From Amphiscolops sp. MND2022 (taxonomy: Eukaryota): 64,000 bases of DNA. Position 1 is the stretch's first letter. Each line of letters begins with the position of its first letter. The translations under genes and the position numbers were made by a program. The notes beneath the pieces were generated by a model that made no database searches, was not told where the DNA came from, and was given only the letters and a program-made list of their open reading frames with translations. The DNA lies in contig OZ076409.1 in assembly GCA_964187785.1 (NCBI GenBank), positions 4,776,001 to 4,840,000 on the forward strand, in the 5' to 3' direction. Shown here one piece after another: positions 26,900 to 40,245 of this stretch.

Positions 26900-27856
26900 C
26901 CCGGGTTGGAAATCAACCGCAGTCCACCGGTTGTCACCGATGTTCCACCGAAGCCCCACCGGTGGACCACTGCGGTGACATCCGCAGATTTTGCGGTGGC
27001 CACCGGTGGACCACCGGTGGAGTTACTCACAGTCCCACCGGTGGCCCACCGAAGATTCCACCGGTGGTCACCGTAGTTCCACCGGTGGTCACCGATGGTT
27101 CTACCGATGGTACAAGGATAATGCAGGTCCAGCAAAAATCGGCAGAAGTTTAACAGAATTATAGAGCAAAAATTAACGAATTATCAGCCAAAAACACCTT
27201 AAAAGAGCGCAAATTTTGTGGAAATCATAGGATTCAAATCTATTAGTGAATACAATTCATATCATTATATTTGGATACACTAAAATCAATGAATTATGAA
27301 AAAAATACTCCTATAAAATCTTGTTTTTGGGTGGAACAATTAACGAAATATCACTTAAAAAAGCCTAAAAAGAGCGCAAATTTTGCGAAAACCATGGGAT
27401 TCAAATCTACTCTTGAATACAATTGAGATCTATAGTTGGATACACCAAAATCAATAAATTATTAAAATAATTTGACTACAAAATCTAGTTTTCGGGTGGA
27501 AAAATTAACAAAAATACCCCCAAAAATGGTGAAAATCCTACCTATCTTGCGGCTGCAGGATACGCGGTGCCGAAAAGCGCCCTTAATGCTACCCGGGCCA
27601 TTAAGGTAACCCTCAGAAATCAATAAGTAACAATATAACAGTAAAAACATGCATGAAACCCAAAAAAGAATGACCGTCAAAATTTGACGCGCCGAAATTT
27701 GAATTAATAATTTTGAATTCGAATTTTCCAAAAAAAAGTTTCATCGGTGGCCACCGGTGGAATTACGGATCGAAACTTATGAACGTCTTGCACCGGTGGT
27801 CACCGGTGATACACCGGTGGACACCGGTGGGTTGCGGTGGGTTTCTAGTACTGGAA
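26900..27856. mobile_element. Non-autonomous TIR element with CCACCGGTGG palindrome arrays and 9-bp TSD
   Basis: AACACGTAA at 26891-26899 and 27857-27865; imperfect inverted ends; internal AT-rich repeats. Confidence 0.7.
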
Positions 27857-28644
27857 AACACGTAATCGAATAAATGTACCTTCAGAATTTTTACTCGATT
27901 CAAATTGATAGGGATTACGTCAGAAACACAGAGTGTTCGGATTTGACATTAATTTTTCAATTTGTAAAAAATTTTTATGGAACGATTGCGCATAGAAAAC
28001 AAAAGCCTGAATTGAAAAGTCATTTGTTCTATCAAAACTCATCATCGAAATTTTGCGGAAAAAAACTGAATATATTTTGCTATGATAAACTATAACATAC
28101 TGCAAGCATTCGCTGACATAATACATTATGTATTAAAGATATATTTGAACTTTAAGGCTTTTGAACAATTTCATGACATCTGCAGCTCAGTTTTTATATT
28201 TTTGAACAAAGTTTTGAAAGTATTTTTGTTCTTTTGTGTGTTACAACTTTTCAAAATGTGATCGAAAAACGACAAGATGCCAAAAAACAGCTTTTTCTTA
28301 TTAGAGAATTGGATTGAAATCACTACATGACTTTGATTCAATTCAAAAACAAGCCATTATTTATAAACTTGAGAAAAGTCGATTCTGAACTATAAGTTAT
28401 TAATCAATTTCACTCTTTCATGATTTCTTCTACACGATCAATTTTCTTTTCTATCGTTACAGCTTGTTTTTCTACAACGAATTTGTTTTTTATAAAACAC
28501 GTTTTTTGAATTTCAAATGCTTTTATGACTTGGTAAGATTTACACTAATAATGAACTCACGGGCTCACCTGATTTCACTTGAAAATTGAAAATTTAGCAA
28601 AAAAAACTTTATAAAAATACATTGAATTTTTAAATTTGTTTTAG

Positions 28645-28702
28645 CTGTGGCAAAGTAGACGGCGAAATCGAAGCAACCGAATTGACCCAGAACGGAAATT
28701 TG
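28645..28702 (+). CDS. SLC24A: Probable SLC24/NCKX cytoplasmic-loop exon (CGKVDGEIEATELTQNGNL)
   Basis: TTTTAG|...|GTTAGT. Phase 2 to 0 bridges exon 13173 to the downstream phase-0 exons. Confidence 0.6.
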
Positions 28703-28812
28703 GTTAGTCTTTGCAATAGATAGTTATTAAGTTAACTTAATTGGATTTAATCACATATAAAAAAACCTAATTTATTTAAAAACTTATGTTTGAAAGTTTT
28801 CTTTTTTTTTAG

Positions 28813-28833
28813 CCGGCTGAGGAATCAAATGCG
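28813..28833 (+). CDS. SLC24A: Candidate 21-nt microexon (PAEESNA) in the NCKX loop
   Basis: Poly-T tract plus AG, GTTAGT donor, phase 0/0. Confidence 0.45.
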
Positions 28834-30577
28834 GTTAGTAGATTAAACCTTGCATTGTTTTCCGCTTTCCAATTTGTACATCAAGCCAAAATCAATCGCT
28901 CATTGGGAAAGTAATTTCCGAATTCATAGCGAGCGGAAATTAAAATAAAAATAAGATTTTCTGTATTGGGTAGCAAATGTTCTTTTTATGACAAAATTTT
29001 AATTATCATGTGTTGACTGATGCAATATCACAATAGCATCTCCAAATCTTTGGTTCAGATATTATTAACAGTTATCGTACTTCAGTGTAGAATGCTGAAA
29101 ATTTGCAAAACGACATTAAAAATTCCTTAACCAATCAGATGAAATGTTAAACTTTGTAGATAGACATACAAATCTCCCAATTCGACATTCAATTTCAGCA
29201 ATCCTCAGCGGACCACTGCTCTCATTCAGCTTGTCACAATTACACTTTAGGATAAAAAAATTCCTGACTAGTATCCGCTTTTCTCTAATTACGCTCAATG
29301 ATAAAAGTCCACAGTTTCTGATTACACTGTGCATCAAAATGCGCGATGAACGCACTGCACTGTTTGACCGAAGAAGGTTCGCTCTCGTTCTACGGAAAAA
29401 CTCAACTTTTGGGGCATATTTATCGTAATGGCAATCAAAATTGAAAGTTTGGTTCTACCTCGACAGTAGCATGGTAATAGCGTATGATAATCTTGATTAT
29501 CAATTTTGTTAATTTTGAGTACCTAATTTTTGTAATTAACCGATTGGAATCAAGATTGATAAAGCACACTAATTTTGAAAAACAAATTTGGATGTTGTTT
29601 TGCAAATTTTTGACGTCCGGCAATGTATTAAACATAAGAAATCTATCCTTTATTTTTTGAATGAAAAAGAGAGCAAAAGAACAATTTTGGAGATTTTCGT
29701 ACTTAAATTGTTCAGAACAAGATTTTGGCGCTTCTGATTTAGTGACTTTTCATGGCAGGATCCAAAACAACATGGGATTAAAACAGCTTCATGTATGGCA
29801 TCAAATGGTTCCATCCGATAACTTCATGCCGCTTTCATGAATGGAAACGTATGGAACCATTTGGTTCCAGGCATGAGATTACATGGAACTACAGCACAAT
29901 TCTTACAACTAGATAGTAGATAAAGACAACAAAATAAACTTCTTTCGAAGTTGTAAAAAGTTTCTTCCGAAGGTGAAAGAAGCAAAAACGACAATGCTTG
30001 CATCCCACTTTTCCCTGATTTTTGCATTCATCTTATGGTTCCAGACGTAACGATGCATGGAAAGTCTACGCATCGAATGTCATGATTCCATGAATGAAAT
30101 CGCATGGAATTATGTTGATATTATGGCTGAGCTGTGGAATTGCATGGAAGATCTCATGAATTTGGATCCGGGTTTTGCCAAAAAATGAAATCAGTCTCGT
30201 TTCGCCAAAAAAGTGAAATAAGTGTGACATAGGACAGTTTATTTTCGTATCAGCCAAAATTTTTACATTGGTCGTGTCGTTCGGTTTTCCGTCTTCCGGG
30301 GCGCTTCGTCAAAACCCAAAACCAACCGCAAGACAAGTAGTGGCATGTCGGTTCGCTGCGCTTCGCTCCTGCCTTTAGGGCTTTTGCAGAGGTATGAGGA
30401 TGTGGATTGCATACTTGAATGTTGAAAAATTCAAAATTTGTGACAGTGAAAAATTAAGTTTTTGGAAAAATGACTGACTTTCGGACAAAAAATGAATTAA
30501 AAACTACCCTTTACCATTCTGTTATTCAAACACTTATGTCGGGGGAGATGAACAAAAAAGGCCAACTTTCTTTATAG

Positions 30578-30783
30578 AAAGAGGAACATTCGGAAGATAG
30601 TGAAGAAGGAATAGTTCTTCTTCGGTTCATGCCAGCTGTGCCTCTTTCTGTGCCCGAAAAGGACGGGGATGACGTCATAGCTACTTTGAAGTTCGTGGGT
30701 GCCTGGTTCATTTTTGTAGCCGCTTTTCCCTGGGCTCTGGCTTTTGCGTGGACTGTTCCCAACTGCTCCAAGGATCATCTGAA
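30578..30783 (+). CDS. SLC24A: SLC24/NCKX exon (acidic loop end ...FPWALAFAWTVPNCS)
   Basis: TVPNC motif of NCKX; AG/GT; phases consistent. Confidence 0.88.
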
Positions 30784-31754
30784 GTAAAAATATAAACAAT
30801 TGCCGATTGGAAAAAAATCTGTTTGTTAAGAAAAACTGAACCAGCGCTTTTCTGCAGTGTCATGACTGCATCGTTGTTAGCAATCAATGGAAAGTTCATC
30901 AAATTTCTTTATTATTAAGAATTGGATCTATCATTCCTTGGTGATTAGCTCCGAAAAGTTGTTTCAGTGTTTCAAAATTTTAAAAGTAAAAATAGGAATA
31001 GTCAATGCAATCAGTTATCGATCGCAATTGAAATTTACGAAATACTTTGAGCATTAAACTCTAGTCTATTCCGAAGTCTTTCTGGTTGATTAACATTTGG
31101 CGGAGTAGTTAAATGTAAATGTTTTAAACGTGGACTGTTTTTGAGTGCATTTCTACAAAAAAGTGAAATTATAAAATAAAGTCAGTTTAAGAACAATTTC
31201 AAATACTACTACTAATATTCAGCTACCGAAGCGAATGACAATTCACACAACAGAGAGATCCAATTATTTCAAGTCCTTTTTTACTAGTTGAACCGAAACA
31301 ACTTAACGCAAAAACCTTCAAATATCGAAAACTTCATAACTGTGAACCTCTGATAGCCTATTACTCTCATTTTGTAAAGCTCGCTAACCTTCATTCGTTT
31401 CGTTTTTAGTCAGCGCATCTTGTAAGAAATGCATTAAATACTATTGAACTAATATTTTTCCTCTTTTTGTGCATATATAGGCTTCTCCAAAAAATCATCT
31501 GTTGATTTATCTTCAAAAATGCCTCGTAATAACTTTTATTATTTTGTCTTTGAGATCAGTAATTGTTCATACTGATGGAAAAATTTTTGAAAAAATTGTA
31601 CAGAATATGTTTGAAACGGTCGATATTTGGAACACTTTCGATTTTTTGGGAATTATCATTGCGTTTTGCGAGACATTCGCGTCACAAAAGCATGTTGGAT
31701 AGTCCTCTGCTACAACATGGAACTCTCTGGATTTTCTAAATCCTGAAAACATTC

Positions 31755-32281
31755 AACAAGCCGGGACCGGCCAAGTCGGCGCCATATCCAAGGCTCAAAA
31801 ATAGCAAAAGGACTTCCAAGTGTCAATTTACAGTACTCGAAAATCGGAAAACCAAAAAATGGAGCGAGTGGGGCAGTTGAAGGGGGGACTCTTTGGAGAA
31901 AAAACAAATTTTCGATAAAAAGTCTCACAATGCCGAAAAACTGAAAGGGGGACCCTTTGGGGTTTTTCAACACCCATTCTGTCGCAAAACAGCAAAAAAA
32001 TTGAAGGGGGAACCCTTTGGGGAAATTTTTTTCCGAAAAAAAGTCTCGCAGTGCCGAAAAAAAAATGAAAAGGGGACCCTTTCATCTCGCCCAGTATGGT
32101 ATGTTACGCGGGGAAACAGGAAAAACCTTTTTGGTTCAGTTCGCTAGGCCAAATGGTCCAATTTGGTGAATAATATTTTGTAGAACTTTTAAGAACGATT
32201 TTGGTCAGTTCGTGTGCATTGAAAAAAAAGAAAAGTCACTATAATAGTCGCGTTTCACTTCATGAAGCGCCGACTAAAAAC
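31755..32281 (-). mobile_element. HINE-like repeat copy
   Basis: Same termini as 10602-11031. Confidence 0.7.
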
Positions 32282-33826
32282 GGAGCAAAAATTTGACTAA
32301 AGTGTTAAATTGGCATTTTTTGTCTTTTTTAGAATAATTTTAGATACTGTTTTATCCATAAACTCAACATTTCTCAAGTCGTGAAAGAATACCAGATGAC
32401 TGTTTACTTTGTTTGTAAAATCTGTGGGAGTTTGAATTTCTCGAAACGTTCAAACACATTGCAGAAACTGAATGAAGTAAACAAAATGTGGATTGTTTTA
32501 GCTTTTTTGGGCAATTTCGAGGAATTTAGTGAAACAAATCATCGGATTGATCGTTGTAGAGAGTTTTGGACATGGGATTTGCTGGATATTCTATAACCAC
32601 GAAAATAATTGAAAACTGTACAGAATTGTTCTAACCAAATAAATCCAAAAACCATACCTATCGCACAAACTAAGTTTACATCAGTCCATTTTCATGGGAA
32701 ACTCCCTTGAACTTGGTTATGGCACTGAAAAATGGCAAGTTCCGGGAAAAAGTTTTGCCATCATTTCAAAAAAATGTCACTTCAAAATGCCAAATTGAGT
32801 TGTTTCGAGTTCGCTGTCAACAAATATTCTGGATTTCGAAGGCTCAAATTTTACGTTTTCCTTTTTTTTGGGGACGCTTATGCTTTAGATGACCCTTAAA
32901 AAACAGTAAACGAAAGAAACTCGCAATTTTGACAACCTAGCTACTTGTCAACAAGATTTGACAAAAAGGGTCACAAGGGTCACACAAAGGGTCAAAGGTC
33001 ACAAGTTTTTCGTTGATTGCTAATCATTCATCAGATTTGAGGTCAATATCAGACAAATATGGCATATGTTCTTTGAACTTGAATCAAGAAATCGCCAAAT
33101 CCCACAGGCAAACATTTAATCACCAGCAGTTTGAAAAACAGCAGTTCAGACTTACACTTCAGTTTGAGACGTTTGTTGAGACATTTTGAGACATTCAGAT
33201 GTTTTGTTTACTCTTTTTTGATTTTTGGTTTTGGCAAAAAAATTTCTCTAGTTGTTTTTGTTGCATATTCTTTGAGGCCCATGCACGAAACATTAACAAA
33301 AAAATACTTTCAAAAACGCAATGGGTCTTATGAGAACAGCCCGTTATTCGTATCTGAAGTCACTATATATCGGCATAGAAATCAAACCTTGAAGCTATCG
33401 TATAGAATCAGTGCATGAAACGCCATGTTACGATGGATACCAAAACAAAAAAAACATCGCAAAGTTTTTTTGGTTCCGTTTTGTGACACTAAATAAGTTC
33501 TGGGTGATTGTTTGAGATGTTTTCATGCTCGAAAATTTCGCTGTTGAGCTGATAGTTATTCAGGTTTTAATCAAAGTTTATGAATTTTTACTGAAAAATC
33601 TTCAGCGCGATTCATTTTTTTTCGCCTGAAAACATTAGGCCTTAGAAAATTTGTCACGACTTGGAGTCATTAAGGCAGAAAATTATAAGTTTTCATGGTA
33701 TCCTGAGAAAAACATGATGGAACTACTTTAGAGCGTAATATTGAAAATGAGAGATTTTCATTGGACTGTTTAAAAGATCACAGTTTGACTTTCAAATCAC
33801 GTATCACAGTCGAGAAGCAAAAGAAA

Positions 33827-34337
33827 ACAAGACGGGAACGTCTAAAGTCGGCGCCATATCTAAGGCTCAAAAAGCTCAAACTTTTTGAAATTGTAAAAGG
33901 GGGGACCCTTTGTGTTTTTTGAAAAAAAAAGAAAAATCGAAAAATAAGAATTTTGAGCCAGTCTCATAGTGCCGAAAAACTTGAAAGGGGAGACCCTTTG
34001 GGCTTTTTGAAACTTCAATTTGCTGTAAAATATCAAAAAACTTCAAGGGGGGACCGTTTGGAGACAAAAAAACACGAAAAAACTCAAACCCTATAGTCTC
34101 GTCCTGTTTTGTATCTTACGATAAAAATGGAGTAACTGAAAGGGGGGACCCTTTGCACTATCCTAAATGCGCTCCCCGTTTGCCTTTGCCGGTCCAGTAG
34201 TTTAGAACTGTATTTAGTAGTTGAACGTTAGTCGCTTCGAAGTTGAACGTTCGTCGCTTCGAGTCTGTCTTAAATAAAAAAAAACGAGTGACTGTAATAG
34301 TCGGGCTCTTTTATTAATAAAAACGCCGACTAAAAAC
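33827..34337 (-). mobile_element. HINE-like repeat copy
   Basis: AAGTCGGCGCC...AAGGCTCAAAA start and CGCCGACTAAAA end. Confidence 0.65.
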
Positions 34338-34749
34338 AACTGGTGCTATCCACTTCTCAAAATTAGTGCCTTTTCTATTTTTTTTATTTCCATCAGAAGA
34401 GGAATCCGAGAGAAGGCATCGTTTTCAAGTGAACTCTTGCTCAAAATTTCATAGGTTGCAATGACTTTTTCTATAAGTTTTCCTCTGAAAATTGAGCATT
34501 TTTCCGAAGATTTATTAGGTTGCAGAGCTTTTTTAAAAAAGCGCAGCGAAAAATTTCCAAGATTTTCAAAGATGCAGGAAAGTTTTACAAGATTTTCCAA
34601 CATGCAGGGAAGTTTTACAAGATTTTTCCCTGTATGATCCCTGAATTTTCTAGGTTTTTTAAAAAGTTTCCCTGCATGCATTCATGCAACATGCAAAAAG
34701 TTCATGCAGGCTCGACTAGGGATTGTTTGTTGCATTGATTGTGCTACAG

Positions 34750-34903
34750 GAAGTATTTCATGGTGTCGTTTCTCATGTCTGTGCTTTGGATCGCAATCTG
34801 CAGTTTCGGACTAGTGTTCATGGTGGGCAGGGCTGGCTGTGCCATGACCATCGACTCTTTCGTCATGGGACTCATCCTGGTCGCTATCGGAACTAGTGTT
34901 CCT
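34750..34903 (+). CDS. SLC24A: SLC24/NCKX exon (KYFMVSFLMSVLWI...MGLILVAIGTSVP)
   Basis: Alpha-2 repeat start; TACAG|...|GTTAGT. Confidence 0.93.
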
Positions 34904-35779
34904 GTTAGTACACCCCACCTTAAAGTTTATTGGGCAACAAGACGCCCGCTAAGCACCGGGATATTTTCCTCCCTTTTCGCCTTCATCACTTGAGCCATAG
35001 CTATTTTTTTTTTGGGGGGGGGTGGGATCTAAATAATAAGATCTAAAATTTAGTGATTTTAGATCTTATTCCCTTTAGATCTTATTCCCGTCCTGAAATT
35101 TTAGATCTTATTCCCTTTGGATCTTAATCCCATTTTTGACTTTAGATCTTATTCCCCCCTCCTACTAAAATAGTCAAGTAACTAAATAGTCAAAAAACTA
35201 AATAGTCAAGTGATGGAGCGTGGAGATTTGGCAGAATTTGGAAAAAACCGCAACACAGATGATGATTTTCCTCCCCATTGAAAATGTGGGTCGGAAAATA
35301 ATAAACTAATCCATAAAAAAAGAAGTTCTTTTCTGCAACCCCCCCCCCCCACCACCATTTCAAAAAAATTAGTGAAACTATTTTAACAAATCATCAATGA
35401 CCATCAAGAATAAACCTGAACTTTTGAACAAATTAGTTAATTGATGTCGACATAATTTTTTTACATTACTTCACACTTCACAGTTGAAAGTTGCTCATTT
35501 TAAAATGGCAGAGAAAAGTTGCGTTAAAATAGGGGCTTCCAGAGGTGAATTTTTTCGTCAGAAAAATATCACAAAAATCTGGATAATTTTTTGCTTCAAG
35601 TTTCGAAATATTTTAGAGACAGTATTGAATTTTACATTCATATCAATTTCTTTCTTCCGCCTAAAAATTTTTCAAGCATAAAAGTTGCTTTTGTATTGGG
35701 GGAATGAGAAACAAGGTGTATGTGGAGGGAATAAGAAGCATTGTCCTGGTTCTCTTATAGTCTTTTTTGGTTCTTTTAG

Positions 35780-35953
35780 GATGCCCTGAGTTCGATCATC
35801 GTAGCGAGAGAGGGTTTCGGGGATATGGCTGTGTCCAATGCGATTGGAAGCAACGTTTTCGACATCAATCTGGGCATCGGACTTCCGTCCGTTATCAGAA
35901 TCATCGCAGACACAGGATCGCCGATTTTCCTGGTCAAACCAGAGGAAAAACAT
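35780..35953 (+). CDS. SLC24A: SLC24/NCKX exon (DALSSIIVAREGFGDMAVSNAIGSNVFDINLGIGLP)
   Basis: Alpha-2 repeat. The GTSVP|D Asp is characteristic of K+-dependent exchangers. Confidence 0.95.
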
Positions 35954-36725
35954 GTAAGGCTCTCTCATTACGCTATTGGAAATTTTTTTTCTGAAAACAT
36001 GAAAAGATTTTTAGTACCGGTGCTTTTTTCTCCTGAAAAAGGTTGTAGCCGACTCTGTTTCAACATTCAATTAATTTCCGCTGGGTGATAGGGAGTAGAG
36101 CCGAACAGTAATGATGCCGTAAGATATCATAGCTTAGCAACGTTCTCGAATGTGATATTATGAATGGGTTGAATTACGTAACAATGAGCCACGAATGATG
36201 AAACTATTACGTAACGTTTACAAACAATCAGCGGAAACGAAAACTGATGAATTCAATTTCAGCTTAAGTACAATACGGTTATATCATTGAAGGCGAGGAA
36301 ATTTTAATGAAATTACTGTTTTTTTTGCGGAAAAATTGAAAGTTACATGGAAGTCGGGTCCCACTCAAGGCTCAAAAAATCGACTCGGAAAGTCTTTCAG
36401 TTTATTGAGGAAACTCTTTTTTAATCTCATTGTCCGAGGAGTATCCGAATGGACGATCTTTGAGACTTAAAAAAACGCTTTTCTACATCAGAAAACTTCA
36501 AAAAACCAATTTACTGGGAAGTTTGAAAACCTTCTTTTCCAAAAAAGTAGCCTTTTACTGATAAATCCAAAAGGGAACCTTTAGACTCGCAAATGGTTTT
36601 TTCCTGTGTGAAAACACCAAAAAACTCAAAAAAGAATGTTTTGGTGGAATCAGGAAAAAAGTCAAGAAATTTGGCGCAGAGCTGAAAAAATCTTTTGTAA
36701 CTTTTTAAATATGAAAAACTCTTTA

Positions 36726-36790
36726 GAGCTGTGCGGGGATCGAACGATCTCTTGTCAGCGAACAAGACACTCTAACCACTAGACCATTAA
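36726..36790 (-). repeat. tRNA-derived SINE-like head inside a degenerate HINE-like copy (about 36351-36920)
   Basis: Minus-strand A box TGGTCTAGTGG and B box GTTCGATCC; no proper cloverleaf. Confidence 0.45.
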
Positions 36791-37140
36791 CAAGCTTCGT
36801 CCAAGGACTTTCGTTCAAAGTTTAAAGAATTTGCAAAAAGTGTCTACTACAATGACAGTTGAAAAAAAAGATGCCACTACAAGAGTTTCACCTTTTTCAT
36901 CAAAAAGCGCCAACTAAAAATACAACAATAAGGGTCAGCCTCTAGAGTTTAAAAAAATCGCCGACGAAAAAGCTATTTTATTGTTCCATTTCTCAGACGC
37001 TAAGACATTCTGGAACTTTTTCCTTCCCATTCTAAGGAAAAAGAGCTGACATTCTCTTATAGGCAATTTTCTCCAGGACAAATTTTTGACTGCAAATTTT
37101 ACAATATGTCATTACTATCACAATTTTTAATTTTTTTCAG

Positions 37141-37356
37141 GCGAAACAAGACAAATATCCGAACAACCCTTTGGTACCCCATGCCAAGTTCGGTTTTCTG
37201 CTGCTCTTCGTGTTATTAGTCTGTATTGCCATCTTCGCAATCGTCAAATTCCGACTCAACAGGGTAGTCGGCATCTCATTTGCCGTAATGTACCTCGTCT
37301 TCATAGCTTACGCAATGATTCAGGAATTCGCCTGCGATGGCGGCTACGGTTGCTGA
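37141..37356 (+). CDS. SLC24A: SLC24/NCKX terminal exon (last two TM helices, stop)
   Basis: T-rich CAG acceptor at 37140; FRLNRVVG...YLVF motif; TGA at 37354-37356. Confidence 0.9.
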   Translation, partial: AKQDKYPNNPLVPHAKFGFLLLFVLLVCIAIFAIVKFRLNRVVGISFAVMYLVFIAYAMIQEFACDGGYGC

Positions 37357-39202
37357 AGCTCCGCACTCAAGAGGTCCAGGGTTCGAGACTGGGTCCGGCC
37401 CAATTTTTTTTTTAATCATTGGAAGGTTTTAAAATCGAGGCTGAGCCCGGTCAAAACAAATTTCACAAACAGAACAGCACTACTTACAACAGAATTCAAT
37501 TTTTTTGCATTATGTTTTTGCATTTGTAAATATTGTACATGTGTACCATAACTATTGATGTACAGAATGAAATTCAATACTTTGACTTATCTTAAACAAT
37601 TGTAACATTCATTATAATGAGTTTATAAACTCTTATTTTTGTCAACACATTTTCTTTTTTAAATTCGAGCATCATGTAAACTTGAAACTTTGAAGTAAAA
37701 TCGCAAAACTTGTCATAGTTTATTAAACCATCAAGTGATAAAAGTTGGAACAAAAAAAAACGTTTGAAAAATTTGCAACATGTTCGAAACACGGTTCGTC
37801 AAAAGTGAAGTCTTAAGCACTAGAATACAAATATTCTAAATTAAAATAGGCGAATGTTTTCCCACATGAAAAATTAGAAGACAATATATCTGACACAAAA
37901 AAACTCATAATTAGTACTTCATGTAACTGAAACTTTTCCGAAAAAATTGTAAATGAATCCTTTGGTTGATCTATGAGATCAGTTAACACAAAAGCAACTT
38001 TCATGCTACCGACCGATGTTCAATATTACCGAAAAATCACTGGAAACCACAGTCAAAGAAATATGAAGCATGTTTGATATGAACCCCTAGGTTAACAAAC
38101 AAAATTTTTGAAAAATTGGCAGACTTGTTTTTTTTGAAATTGGCGAAACATTGTTGATTCGTTCGATAGACACACGCAGAGATTCCAACCAGAACGAACA
38201 ACAGTTGAAATTCTGTTCTCGAAAAAAATTCTGGACCTTTGGACTATCAATTTTGTAAAAGAGCTGAAGTTACTCACAAACAGAAATCAGTTTGGTTTTG
38301 TCAATGTCTAAGGGTGAATAACCATTTTCAAGACGTCGCTGATAGGCTAATGTTAGAAACTCTAATCTCTCCTCATTACAATTTCGGCATTAGAATGGTC
38401 GGCTCTTTTCTGTTCCCCCCACCACCAAAATTTTTGGAAGTAAAATTCCTCAAAAACTTTAGACTAGCCTAATTAAATGTAAAACCTTATTTCATAATGG
38501 GAAGTTAACGTCTATTGAGATAGTTTTTTGCTTGAACAAAACATTGTTCACGCTTTTTGACTATAATTGTGTTCGTATTAATTGTTTATTGATGACTCAA
38601 AACAGGAAGCTGTTGATTTCTTCATCAAAAATGCGTGACTACATATTGAAAAAGGTGAACAAAGTATGTATCTGAATCCTACACTGTCACACTAAGAATA
38701 AATGTAAATTTGAAGCCTTCTGGTATGTATTCAAGTCTTTTTGCTATACGATTTTCACTAATTTTCGAAAAAAAATTGGTGGTGTCGGGGAAAACAGGAA
38801 AAAGCCGAATGGTCGACACCGCTTCCGTATAAAGCGAATAAGATTGCTGATCTACAGATAAAATTTATCACCCTAAAATTTAATAAAAACTACCAAGTAT
38901 TTCGGGTATAGTGGACAAAACTGAACGCCAATATCTAATTTTTCCAACGATTAAAAAAGGTTGATACTTGGTACATGGAAAACGATAAAGGGAAAAATTG
39001 TTCGAACTAGTTCGTAGGATGTTTAAAGGTGTTGTGCATTCGCAAACTTGCAATTATCTACATAAAATAAACTACAAATGCATTACAATCCTTCCTTCAG
39101 TTCGACAAATGTTGGTAACTTCTCTGTGTCTACAAGTGCATCCAATAACCTCAGAACAACTGAAGACCTCCGGCTAATCACTCGTACATCAAAAGACCTT
39201 TG

Positions 39203-39658
39203 GGTACCCCTTACTGAGTGTGGTCCCAAACTATTTCTTCTTACTAAGTGTGGTCCCTATTTTATAAGTGTGGTCCCTGCATAGTTTGTCGGAATTTTTA
39301 TATTACGTCGTCAGCTATGTTCACATACCTCTAGTGCCCTAAATGCAGGAACGACCTAAATGCAGGAACGAAGCGAAGCAGAGCGACGTGCCATATGGTC
39401 ATGCCTCAATGTTGCTACTTGGCGAAGGGAGCGAAGCGACCGAGCTATACAACAAATATGCTAACCTCTTCAAATCAAGTTCCATACATATTTGCTGTAA
39501 CAGCACTAAAAGCTAGTAAATTGAATTCTGCTGTTTTGAACTACATGTAATGTTTGTTTTACGTTGGCTATTCTAAATTTGCTAGGGACCACACTTAGTC
39601 AGGAGTTTTCAAGCCGGTTGCATATATGTTGTAGGGATCACACTTGGTCAGGAGTACC
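39203..39658. mobile_element. MITE, GGTAC-ended, 8-bp TSD GACCTTTG
   Basis: TSD at 39195-39202 and 39659-39666; TIRs with repeated AGTGTGGTCCC. Confidence 0.85.
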
Positions 39659-40150
39659 GACCTTTGTAGCCAATTAGGGAGTTCGTCAGTTGTATGACAG
39701 GTCATCCTGCAGGAACCAGGATGGCAAAGATACGACAAAAATTACGCTAAGTTGTGACTGTTGACAAGCAATAAGATTGATTGCAAAACTAGTTCGTTTC
39801 AAGAGATGCAAAAGCTTACTGGATTATTCTGTTCGCATAGTAAAATTGCAGAAAGCGTTCGATCGGGTTCGATTCCCGATATTACCGAAGTTTGATATTT
39901 CTAGTATACTCGTAAAATAGCAAAATTAACCAATGTCTTTTTGAAATAACCTTGAAAAAGGCCTTGCTAGTTCGTTCGAAAAATCGTTGTTTATTAATTC
40001 TCGTTAATTGGTGCTTATTTTATCTTCATTTAGCTGTCTGACATGTATTATTTTATTGTTTTGCTATTTATTCTTTGCCTCCAATCTTGTTGGAAATCAG
40101 AGCGAATTTGGCCACTAAAACTGAAAAATAATACATTATTGGTAGCTTTT

Positions 40151-40244
40151 CTTTCGACGCCCAAAAACGATCTATAGAAATCGAAACTCTATAGTTATCT
40201 TTAGTCACTATCGGCCAAACGTTTTCATACAAAACCTCTAGATA
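40151..40244 (+). repeat. Left copy of the 94-bp target duplication flanking the LARD
   Basis: Identical to 45330-45423. Confidence 0.95.
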
Positions 40245-40245
40245 T

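Noticed and set aside
29144..29428. 94-aa ORF inside an NCKX intron as a loop exon
   Set aside because: No convincing donor or compatible phase, and no NCKX similarity.
30254..30391. Open GC-rich segment with AG/GT ends as a possible NCKX exon
   Set aside because: Its 3' part is the reverse complement of the MITE interior (39320-39395, 45596-45655), and its phase does not fit the neighbouring exons.
36726..36790. tRNA gene
   Set aside because: A/B boxes only, with no cloverleaf. Similar lone B boxes near 13205, 22032, 37380, 39867 and 58710 indicate SINE-like fragments.
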